A stretch of DNA of 63,132 nt, from positions 1-63,132 of the forward strand of contig JAAWGF010000005.1 in NCBI GenBank assembly GCA_022795155.1, in the 5' to 3' direction. This DNA comes from Bacilli bacterium. GTDB lineage: Bacteria; Bacillota_I; Bacilli_A; RF39; UBA660. The notes under the pieces were generated by a model. That model had not been told where the DNA came from, did no database searches, and was given only the letters and a program-made list of their open reading frames with translations. Positions 11,274 through 18,106 of this stretch are shown piece by piece; the first letter of the stretch is position 1; each line of letters begins with the position of its first letter. Position numbers and translations under genes: made by a program.

Positions 11274-11321
11274 TTTGATCACCCAATAATATTATTAACA
11301 AGAATTAAATAATTATACTAA

Positions 11322-11432
11322 TTAAGCAAATAGAATTAAAACAATTATTAAGATTGTTGCTATTAACAATGCTATAAAAGCATATAAAAATTTACCTAAA
11401 CTTGAGCGAAAGATGCTTTTAATATATTCCAT
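11322..11432 (-). CDS. 36-aa single-TM small protein (below ORF-track cutoff)
   Basis: MEYIKSIFRSSLGKFLYAFIALLIATILIIVLILFA*, GAGGT RBS. Confidence 0.6.
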   Translation of the reverse strand: MEYIKSIFRSSLGKFLYAFIALLIATILIIVLILFA

Positions 11433-11478
11433 AAAAATACCTCATTTCTTATTTAAAAAAACACAAAAAATATCATTT

Positions 11479-11506
11479 AGTTAACATAATATAAAGTGTA
11501 AAAAAA
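11479..11506 (-). repeat. Left att junction: hybrid dif-like site (XerD arm and spacer intact, XerC arm degenerate)
   Basis: Minus strand TTTTTTTACAC-TTTATA-TTATGTTAACT; 11479-11495 identical to 20484-20500. Confidence 0.88.
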
Positions 11507-11624
11507 TTTTTAATTACTCTATCATTATTATACCTCATTAGAAATTATAACATATAAAAATTATAAAAAGTGTGTTTTTTTTAAAAAAAATGAATGTTTG
11601 ACACTTAAAAAGTGTCAATTTTAA

Positions 11625-11641
11625 TTTATGCCGAGAAAACT
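11625..11641 (+). promoter_or_regulatory. RS_B-like site of ssoA-type single-strand origins
   Basis: TTTATGCCGAGAAAACT matches 17 of 18 nt of the RS_B core as I recall it (AAGTTTTCTCGGCATAAA, opposite strand); variant TTTATGTCGCGAAA at 11747-11760. Confidence 0.75.
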
Positions 11642-11847
11642 ATTGATATTTAGTCGACGTGTTTTAAGCTTTAATGCGAAAAAAATGATTTTTGACTCTA
11701 ATTTTAGAAAAAGTGGCAACCGATTTTTTAGGCACGTGTAGGCAATTTTATGTCGCGAAAGTTCTTTACAAACTATGGAAATTTTTGATATAATAAATTC
11801 GAACAAAAAGAAGAAAAAAAGAAAGTATCTTTTATCTTCACATAAAT

Positions 11848-12063
11848 TTAAAAAACAACATAATCGTCGTCGAATTGTGTATCAGTAGCAAACTCACACA
11901 TATAATCACAGTATAAATCGTAATCATTAGTGAATAAATAATCATCGACGCGATTGTTGTTTTTTATGTTAGATAATAAATCTATCGCATTACTAGTAAT
12001 ATCGATAGTTTCATTAAATCTTGCGAAAATATCGCAAGATTTACTAACATCATTGTTGATCAT
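11848..12063 (-). CDS. 71-aa acidic hypothetical phage protein inside the hairpin loop
   Basis: AGGAG RBS 7 nt before ATG 12063; D/Y/F-rich C-terminus; the sequence is also strongly self-complementary, so coding status is uncertain. Confidence 0.45.
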   Translation of the reverse strand: MINNDVSKSCDIFARFNETIDITSNAIDLLSNIKNNNRVDDYLFTNDYDLYCDYMCEFATDTQFDDDYVVF

Positions 12064-12464
12064 AAACAAACTCCTTTCTTTTTTTGCAACTTTTTGTTGC
12101 GAAAAAACAACAAAATCAAAAATTAGAAAAGTTTGTCAAGAAACGTGAAATAAATTTGCCGTTAAACACGTGCCATAAAAAAATTGAAAATTCGTTAGAA
12201 TTTTCATATAAATAAGGTAGCCCTTTTTCACTTCTTTAGCTACAAAAATCATGCATTTCGCAACATTTTTTTATAATTCACGTCGGTGTACTAAATGTCA
12301 ATAGGCAAATTGGAATAAATAAAAAATGAAAAATACGTAATAAAATGTGCAATTACGAATGTAATCAGCACTTGTCTAAAATGACCACACTTTTTTAAAT
12401 TTCAAAGAACAAAAAAAATACAAAATATTTGTATTTTTATTATTGACAAAAAAGTTATTTATAT

Positions 12465-12751
12465 AATAAACTTGTTTTAGCACTAGAATTTTTTTGAAAA
12501 GAATAAAAATAAACGTATTGGATGGTTCGAACTAACTTATAATTGTTATTGTTTTAATCTTTTATTTTTTAATAATTTAATTATTAAAATTGAAACAATA
12601 GTTATTCCTATAACTGGAACTTTTATTGCTAAAATAATTAAAAACAAGAATAATAATATAAATATTCCTACAAAGAATATTATTGCATTTATTATGTTTG
12701 AAAACATAATATCATTCCTTTCTATAACTCTAGTGCTAAAATAAATTTATT
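12465..12751. repeat. 23-bp inverted repeat (21/23) flanking a small hydrophobic ORF
   Basis: AATAAACTTGTTTTAGCACTAGA (12465-12487) vs TCTAGTGCTAAAATAAATTTATT (12729-12751). Confidence 0.8.
12546..12707 (-). CDS. 53-aa hydrophobic membrane peptide (type I toxin- or exclusion-protein-like)
   Basis: MFSNIINAIIFFVGIFILLFLFLIILAIKVPVIGITIVSILIIKLLKNKRLKQ*; AGAAAGGA RBS. Confidence 0.7.
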   Translation of the reverse strand: MFSNIINAIIFFVGIFILLFLFLIILAIKVPVIGITIVSILIIKLLKNKRLKQ

Positions 12752-12781
12752 GTTTTTCTTTGATGAACTCTAACTATAACG

Positions 12782-13015
12782 TTAGGGTTTTATTTTTTTA
12801 TCTTCATATTTATTTAATTTATTATCTTCGTAATAATAATATTCTCCACATTTAGAACACATAAATGTTTCGTCGAATACTTCTATTAAATCATTATTGT
12901 CTTTTGGGCATGATAGATTGTTTTCTACGTATTCTTTAATTTTTATACTTTCTTTTTGTTCATCAGTTAATTGACTTTCGAAGTATTTGTCTAACATTTC
13001 TTCATAACTTTTCAT
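12782..13015 (-). CDS. Small putative Zn-ribbon protein coupled to the repressor
   Basis: CPKD...CSKCG motif; ATG overlaps repressor stop. Confidence 0.65.
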   Translation of the reverse strand: MKSYEEMLDKYFESQLTDEQKESIKIKEYVENNLSCPKDNNDLIEVFDETFMCSKCGEYYYYEDNKLNKYEDKKIKP

Positions 13016-13245
13016 TAAATATCTTTCCTCTCTAAATCTTTTGATTGGAAACTTTCTTTACCATTTGAAAAAAATATTTTGTAACCACATTTGTTTACTA
13101 TTTTTTCTATTGTTTCAAATGTTGGTTGTCTAGTTTCTGTTTCATAATTTCCTAGTGTTGTTCTGTTCATTTTTAATAAACTTGCTAAATCTTCTTGACT
13201 TAATTCCTTGTTTTTTCTTACATATTTTATAATTTTTCCTATCAT
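13015..13245 (-). CDS. XRE-family HTH phage repressor
   Basis: IKYVRKNKELSQEDLA...RTTLGNYETETRQP; divergent from the phage main operon. Confidence 0.88.
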   Translation of the reverse strand: MIGKIIKYVRKNKELSQEDLASLLKMNRTTLGNYETETRQPTFETIEKIVNKCGYKIFFSNGKESFQSKDLERKDI

Positions 13246-13267
13246 TTTAATCCCTTCTTATTTATAT

Positions 13268-13349
13268 TGTCACATATTGTGACATTTTTTTCTTGACATG
13301 CCACGATATGTGGCATATAATATAAAATGAAATGACACAAAACGTGTTA
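13268..13349 (+). promoter_or_regulatory. Consensus sigmaA promoter with three TGNCAC-N5-GTGNCA operators
   Basis: TTGACA 13293-13298, 17-bp spacer, TATAAT 13316-13321; operators at 13268-13284, 13299-13315 (exactly the spacer), 13333-13349. Confidence 0.85.
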
Positions 13350-13369
13350 GATTGTAAGGAGGTGTAAAT

Positions 13370-13621
13370 ATTGACAGGTTAAATAAAATAGACAATATAG
13401 AAGAAAATTGTCTAAATGAAATATTAAATAATCTTGTATATGTTCGATTAACTATTGTGAATTGTGTTTTATCTACTGAACCGATTTATACTATTGTTTT
13501 AGATTATGTTTGTAATAATGAAAAAATCGAACGATTAGCGAATTCTTATGATGATTTAGGAATTGCATTAGAAAGTTATTATATGTTTGTTAAATATTTA
13601 AAAAAAAGAAAAGGTGTTTAA
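13370..13621 (+). CDS. 83-aa hypothetical phage protein, probable ATT start
   Basis: AAGGAGGTG RBS 5 nt before ATT; in-frame TAA upstream at 13355; open to TAA 13621, 3 nt before the next ATG. Confidence 0.65.
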   Translation: MDRLNKIDNIEENCLNEILNNLVYVRLTIVNCVLSTEPIYTIVLDYVCNNEKIERLANSYDDLGIALESYYMFVKYLKKRKGV

Positions 13622-13624
13622 AAA

Positions 13625-13900
13625 ATGAATACAAGTATTGAAATAGATTACTCTAAAGGTAAAATTTATATCCCAGATGTTAGTGTTTATGATAGTGTTT
13701 CTGTTAAAATTGCTAGTAATGAACCTTTTGATAAAAAGCATTATTTGAAATTAAAAAAATTTATCAGAAATCATGACATTTTAGATGATGATGTTTCTTA
13801 TTATGAATTTGATTATGAAAAAAAAGAAGATTGTTTAAAATATTATGAAAAAATAAAAGAAATCTTAAAAAAGAAAGTTGAGGAAAAAAATGCAAATTAA
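13625..13900 (+). CDS. Hypothetical phage protein
   Basis: AAAGGTG RBS; tight operon packing. Confidence 0.7.
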   Translation: MNTSIEIDYSKGKIYIPDVSVYDSVSVKIASNEPFDKKHYLKLKKFIRNHDILDDDVSYYEFDYEKKEDCLKYYEKIKEILKKKVEEKNAN

Positions 13901-14186
13901 AAAAAGTTGTTATTTAATAAATATAGAAAAAGTTAATTTTACAAATGAACAAACTGGAGAATTAAAAGAAATGTGTAAGGTTAATTATATTATGCCAGTT
14001 GAGGAAAACGAACGATTTTATGGTAATGCAATTTTCGAATGTTATATACCAGTAGAAAATTTTGATAAATTAAAGAAATATGTTTTAAAGCCAAATATTG
14101 ATTTTATCTATGAAGAAAGAGCACTGAAAAATGGTTTTAAAATATTTCCAATCAAAATTGCTGATGTTGATTTACGAAAATCATAA
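13890..14186 (+). CDS. Putative ssDNA-binding protein (pV/RstB-like)
   Basis: 98 aa, beta-rich, VNFTNEQTGE hairpin motif; position upstream of structural genes. Confidence 0.6.
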   Translation: MQIKKSCYLINIEKVNFTNEQTGELKEMCKVNYIMPVEENERFYGNAIFECYIPVENFDKLKKYVLKPNIDFIYEERALKNGFKIFPIKIADVDLRKS

Positions 14187-14442
14187 TAGTTTTTTCAATA
14201 ACGTTTTAGTTATTTTTGAAGATACTAAAGGTAAAACTAGATATAAAATATGTAAATCTACAACTGATAAGTTATTTACTTATAATGGTTTTGGTTATTA
14301 TATTTTATTAATTAATCGTTTTTATGAAAATGGTTATTATTGTGAAGATACTATTTATAATCTTTACCATAATAGATTTTCTAAAAAAAAGAAAATTGAT
14401 TTTTTAAATATAGTTGATTTTCTAATAAAGCTTTTTAATTAA
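14131..14442 (+). CDS. Hypothetical phage protein (start may be ATG 14164)
   Basis: ORF track; overlaps neighbours as in a coupled operon. Confidence 0.55.
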   Translation: MVLKYFQSKLLMLIYENHNSFFNNVLVIFEDTKGKTRYKICKSTTDKLFTYNGFGYYILLINRFYENGYYCEDTIYNLYHNRFSKKKKIDFLNIVDFLIKLFN

Positions 14443-14567
14443 TGGAAAAAGACATTAAAATAATTAAATATTTAGTAATACTTTTGGTTTTCCGATTATT
14501 GTTTAAGTATCTATTAATGATAATTAAACAATTAATAATTTGGTATAGAAGATTTAAACAAAGCTAA
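14442..14567 (+). CDS. 41-aa TM peptide, minor-coat (pVII/pIX)-like
   Basis: MEKDIKIIKYLVILLVFRLLFKYLLMIIKQLIIWYRRFKQS*; TAATG coupling. Confidence 0.5.
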   Translation: MEKDIKIIKYLVILLVFRLLFKYLLMIIKQLIIWYRRFKQS

Positions 14568-14752
14568 TGATTTTTGATTATTACACTAATAACCTTTAAT
14601 ATGTTACTCCTTACAACTATATTAAGAAAATGTTTAAATCTTTTATATATAGATGTTTCATACAGTTTATAACTGTTTGAATAAAAAAAAGAATAAAATT
14701 GCGCAACTTTTATTCGTTGAATTTTTGACGAGTGAAAGGGGGTTGGTTCTCA

Positions 14753-14938
14753 ATGGAACAATCTGCAAGTACATTATCTAGCTTTTTAGCTAGTGGCACT
14801 GAAATGATTACTTGGTTAATCGATAGTGCTATTTCAATGATTACAAAGTTAATGGCAAATCCAGTAACTGCATGTTTTTTAATCATTGGTCTTGTTGGTT
14901 TTGTATTTACAACTTATCGTATGATAACACGTAGATAG
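14753..14938 (+). CDS. Major coat protein candidate (pVIII-like)
   Basis: 61 aa: amphipathic N-terminal helix, NP turn, single TM, basic C-terminus (YRMITRR); strong GAAAGGGGGT RBS; hairpins on both sides. Confidence 0.75.
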   Translation: MEQSASTLSSFLASGTEMITWLIDSAISMITKLMANPVTACFLIIGLVGFVFTTYRMITRR

Positions 14939-15017
14939 TAGTGTGAACTAGCTTAAAAAAAGAAATTTTTAGAAGTATTATTGATTTCTTTTTTTTTAGA
15001 AAGTTGAGGTTTTAAAA

Positions 15018-15272
15018 ATGCAATATGATAATTTCAATGTATTTCTTGACATCATTGATAAGTTTTGTATGTTTGTTGTTGGTAACCCTATTTTACAATT
15101 TTTTTTAGGCTTTGCGTTTATTTCTTTGCTTTATAGAATTTTTATTAAGATTTTTGGTATTAAAAGTATTACTAAAAAAATAACAATGAAAAAAAATAAA
15201 AATGATTTTGATTATTTTTTTGATAATGAACGATTTAATTATGCTAGGAAGGGTAGTGATAAAAATGATTAG
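15018..15272 (+). CDS. Small TM phage structural-like protein
   Basis: NPILQFFLGFAFISLLYR TM segment resembles the coat-like protein; GAGG RBS. Confidence 0.65.
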   Translation: MQYDNFNVFLDIIDKFCMFVVGNPILQFFLGFAFISLLYRIFIKIFGIKSITKKITMKKNKNDFDYFFDNERFNYARKGSDKND

Positions 15273-15420
15273 TTTTATATTAGGTTTTAGCATTACATTA
15301 AATATATTATTTATAATTTTAACTATTTTAGTAGTTAAAATTGTTAAGAAGAAAAAAGACGTGTTTAGTTTTTTAGACTGTATTGTTGATAAAGATAGTT
15401 ATACAGATTTTATGAAGTAG
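15265..15420 (+). CDS. 51-aa TM phage protein
   Basis: MISFILGFSITLNILFIILTILVVKIVKKKK...; ATG overlaps the upstream gene end. Confidence 0.6.
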   Translation: MISFILGFSITLNILFIILTILVVKIVKKKKDVFSFLDCIVDKDSYTDFMK

Positions 15421-17092
15421 GTGTTATATGAGAAACAAATTATTTATAATAACTATTGTTATATTTAGTTTTTTATTAATTGATAAAGTTAGTGCTTTAG
15501 AAGTTACGTATGATTATGATAGTGATAAGCTTAATTTACTTGATGATAATAAAGAAATTGTCGATAATATAGTTAATATTGCTAATGATAATAACACTAA
15601 TAATTATACTTTTGTAATATTTTTTGGAAGAGATTCTAACGGTTATCATTTGTCCGTCGGTATTGCTGGTTATACTTGTGATAATTTGTATTTTGGACCA
15701 TATAAAAATCCATATGGCTATTATTTACAATCTACTGTTGTTCAACCAGGTTTAAATATAAGTTTAATTAAGAATTTTAATCAGTATTATAAATTTTATT
15801 TTACTGACGATTTAGAAAATTTTTATAATTCTATTTCTAATGTTTTTTTAAATGGTACTACTACGAATAACGGTTTGTTAAGTCAATACGCAAGTTCAAA
15901 CCCTTTTTATTCCGATTACTTAAGTAATTCTATATTTGCAATTCCAGTTTATTCAAATGTTCCTATTGAATATTATCAATTCAATACATCTTATAATGAT
16001 ACTATTAAAATAAATGAGGTTGTTTATAGTTATGGCGACACAATACCAACTTATTATGATTATGCTTATTCATCACCAACAATTTATAAATTTGATGACA
16101 CTATACACGATGATAATATTGCGCAAACTTATTTTAATTTAAATTTACAAGATTTAGCGAAAAATGATTATAATTTAAATTTAAAATATGCTTATGGAAA
16201 CTATACTAGTGATATATTAGCTCCTTTTTTGAAGATTACTTATAATGATAATACTAATTCTTATATATCAATTGTTACTGATGAAAAACCAACTGTTAAT
16301 GTTTTTATGGGATATTTTGAGATGTGTTTAGATAATTCCAAACCTATTAGTAATGTTCAAATTGTTTTCCCTATGGAAAATACAAAAGATATTGATTATA
16401 AAATACAATTAGAAAGTAATGTTAAATTTGATATATCTTATGTTTATGATGAAATTTTTAATAATTATTTACAAACTATTGATATAACTGGCAAATATAG
16501 TGTTAATTTTATACCTAAATTAGTTGAACATAATAGTGATGTTTTTCAAGATTTTTATTTAATTGGTGATAATTTTGAAATTAGAATACTTCATAATGTG
16601 GACTCAGATATACAAAATGCTATAAATACAGTTTATAAAAATTGGAATAGGTCGTCATTTAGATATTTTGAAGGTGTTAATCAAGTTACTAATGCTATTC
16701 AATTTATTAATAATGATTATGAAAATTATCCTTTGAAAACATATAGTGTAACTTATGATACTCGATATTGGGCTTATTCTATTTTTGAAAAAAGGGATAG
16801 TGTTATATTAGTTACTAACCCCAATACTGGCATTACTAATACTTGGGACGCTACAAAAATTACACAAAATATTTATACAAAACTTGAATATAGCGATTTT
16901 CAATTTTTGTATTCTACTTTGAAAAAATTTATTGATGAACATGATAGCTCTGTTAATCTTGTTACATTATCACTTTTTAATATATTTGATACTTGTCCTT
17001 ATTATATTAAGAATTTATTTTTTGTATTTATTTTGTTTTCTATAATTGCTTGTTTTGTTTCTTTCTTGGGTTGGAAGTAGGTGTTATATGAG
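15414..17092 (+). repeat. 19-bp perfect direct repeat flanking the pIII-like gene
   Basis: GAAGTAGGTGTTATATGAG at 15414-15432 and 17074-17092. Confidence 0.85.
15428..17080 (+). CDS. Adsorption/receptor-binding protein candidate (pIII-like)
   Basis: 550 aa, signal peptide ending VSA, N/Y-rich extracellular body, C-terminal TM anchor; largest structural ORF, after the coat gene. Confidence 0.7.
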   Translation: MRNKLFIITIVIFSFLLIDKVSALEVTYDYDSDKLNLLDDNKEIVDNIVNIANDNNTNNYTFVIFFGRDSNGYHLSVGIAGYTCDNLYFGPYKNPYGYYLQSTVVQPGLNISLIKNFNQYYKFYFTDDLENFYNSISNVFLNGTTTNNGLLSQYASSNPFYSDYLSNSIFAIPVYSNVPIEYYQFNTSYNDTIKINEVVYSYGDTIPTYYDYAYSSPTIYKFDDTIHDDNIAQTYFNLNLQDLAKNDYNLNLKYAYGNYTSDILAPFLKITYNDNTNSYISIVTDEKPTVNVFMGYFEMCLDNSKPISNVQIVFPMENTKDIDYKIQLESNVKFDISYVYDEIFNNYLQTIDITGKYSVNFIPKLVEHNSDVFQDFYLIGDNFEIRILHNVDSDIQNAINTVYKNWNRSSFRYFEGVNQVTNAIQFINNDYENYPLKTYSVTYDTRYWAYSIFEKRDSVILVTNPNTGITNTWDATKITQNIYTKLEYSDFQFLYSTLKKFIDEHDSSVNLVTLSLFNIFDTCPYYIKNLFFVFILFSIIACFVSFLGWK

Positions 17093-17366
17093 TATTTTTC
17101 TTGGTTTAGTCTTGAAACTAGGCGCAATAACTTTTGCATTTGTAGGCGTTAATGAACTTATCGAAAAATTTACGGGCAATGATTTAGTAGAACAAATATA
17201 TAAATTGGTTACTGAATATATTCCTGGCGCATTTAAATTTCTTGTTACTAGCATTGATATGCTTAAAACTACATGCGAATATTTACCAACTGAGTTAAAA
17301 ACTATTTTTATATCATTTTTTATATTGATATTTTCTTTATTAGTTATTAAATTTTTTAAGAAATAG
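17088..17366 (+). CDS. pVI-like minor coat/membrane protein
   Basis: 92 aa, amphipathic helix then LP..L plus TM; directly follows the pIII-like gene. Confidence 0.6.
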   Translation: MSIFLGLVLKLGAITFAFVGVNELIEKFTGNDLVEQIYKLVTEYIPGAFKFLVTSIDMLKTTCEYLPTELKTIFISFFILIFSLLVIKFFKK

Positions 17367-17378
17367 AGGTGTTGAACA

Positions 17379-17558
17379 ATGTTATTAAGTGAATTTATTT
17401 CTTTATTTACATTTGTTTGCAAAATGTTTTGGTCGTTTTTGATTGTTATTTATAATATTCCGCTTACTAAAAATATTCGTTTTGGCGATACTTTAGTTGT
17501 AATTATTATGATAATTTTTGTTGTAATCATTGCATTTAAGCCTCTTAAAAAAGGATAA
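17379..17558 (+). CDS. 59-aa TM phage protein (missed by ORF track)
   Basis: MLLSEFISLFTFVCKMFWSFLIVIYNIPLTKNIRFGDTLVVIIMIIFVVIIAFKPLKKG*; GAGGTG RBS. Confidence 0.65.
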   Translation: MLLSEFISLFTFVCKMFWSFLIVIYNIPLTKNIRFGDTLVVIIMIIFVVIIAFKPLKKG

Positions 17559-17562
17559 AAAA

Positions 17563-17715
17563 ATGAATAAAATATTTAGATTAAAATATATTGCTCATCA
17601 ATTTGTAAATAAAATATTTTATATAATTACTTTTATTTTTGGTTTTATAACTGGTTTATTGTTTAATGTTAATTTTTATACTAAAATTATTGAAATGGTT
17701 AGGAGTTGTTTTTAA
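17563..17715 (+). CDS. 50-aa TM phage protein
   Basis: MNKIFRLK...IITFIFGFITGLLF; AAGGA RBS. Confidence 0.6.
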   Translation: MNKIFRLKYIAHQFVNKIFYIITFIFGFITGLLFNVNFYTKIIEMVRSCF

Positions 17716-17879
17716 TGAGTGAAATAGTTAATTTTTATGATTTGGCCGTTAATTTAGTTGGTACAGTACCACCACAGTATGAAATAATTTATTTTATTGT
17801 TACTGTAGCGTTAGTTTTTTGTACTTTGCTAATAATTATGTCGCCATTACTATTATTCAAAGCGATAGGGGGACGTTAA
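17715..17879 (+). CDS. 54-aa TM phage protein (missed by ORF track)
   Basis: MSEIVNFYDLAVNLVGTVPPQYEIIYFIVTVALVFCTLLIIMSPLLLFKAIGGR*; AGGAG RBS, TAATG coupling. Confidence 0.65.
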   Translation: MSEIVNFYDLAVNLVGTVPPQYEIIYFIVTVALVFCTLLIIMSPLLLFKAIGGR

Positions 17880-17880
17880 T

Positions 17881-18102
17881 ATGAATTTGTTTGGAATTCC
17901 CGTAATTATACCTTATTCGGCTTATATGACGTTTTTAGGTAATTTTAGCGAGTATTCTACATTTGATACATTTATTTCATCTAATATGGTTATACCACTT
18001 TATATATTCGTTAATTTTATGTATTTGTGGTTTATATTTGGTTGTATTATACCGTTTTTGTATAAATGTATTATTTTTGTTAAAAATAGTTTATTTCGTT
18101 AA
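17881..18102 (+). CDS. 73-aa TM phage protein
   Basis: AGGGGG RBS; hydrophobic C-terminal half. Confidence 0.65.
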   Translation: MNLFGIPVIIPYSAYMTFLGNFSEYSTFDTFISSNMVIPLYIFVNFMYLWFIFGCIIPFLYKCIIFVKNSLFR

Positions 18103-18106
18103 TGTT

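Larger units (their letters stand above)
11558..12402 (+). other. Very long imperfect branched inverted-repeat region; putative single-strand (lagging) origin and/or packaging signal
   Basis: Arm ~11613-11826 is patchily complementary to ~12073-12330; outer stem 11558-11574/12386-12402; inner hairpins at 11849-11966, 11982-12008, 12015-12043. Confidence 0.8.

Noticed and set aside
11544..11571. Weak second dif-like sequence ATTATAACATA-TAAAAA-TTATAAAAAGT
   Set aside because: Left arm is out of register and similarity is mostly A/T; expected by chance here.
11964..11974. TTATGTTAGAT, an inverted XerD-arm-like sequence that could give a CTXphi-style folded attP
   Set aside because: No matching spacer or XerC arm, and it overlaps a local hairpin; not enough support.
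11621..12148. ORF-track calls 11621-11806 (-) and 11954-12148 (+)
   Set aside because: TTG starts without RBS inside the structured region; likely shadows.
12477..12739. TTAGCACT...AGTGCTAA resembling CIRCE (HrcA operator)
   Set aside because: Half-sites are about 245 bp apart instead of 9 bp.
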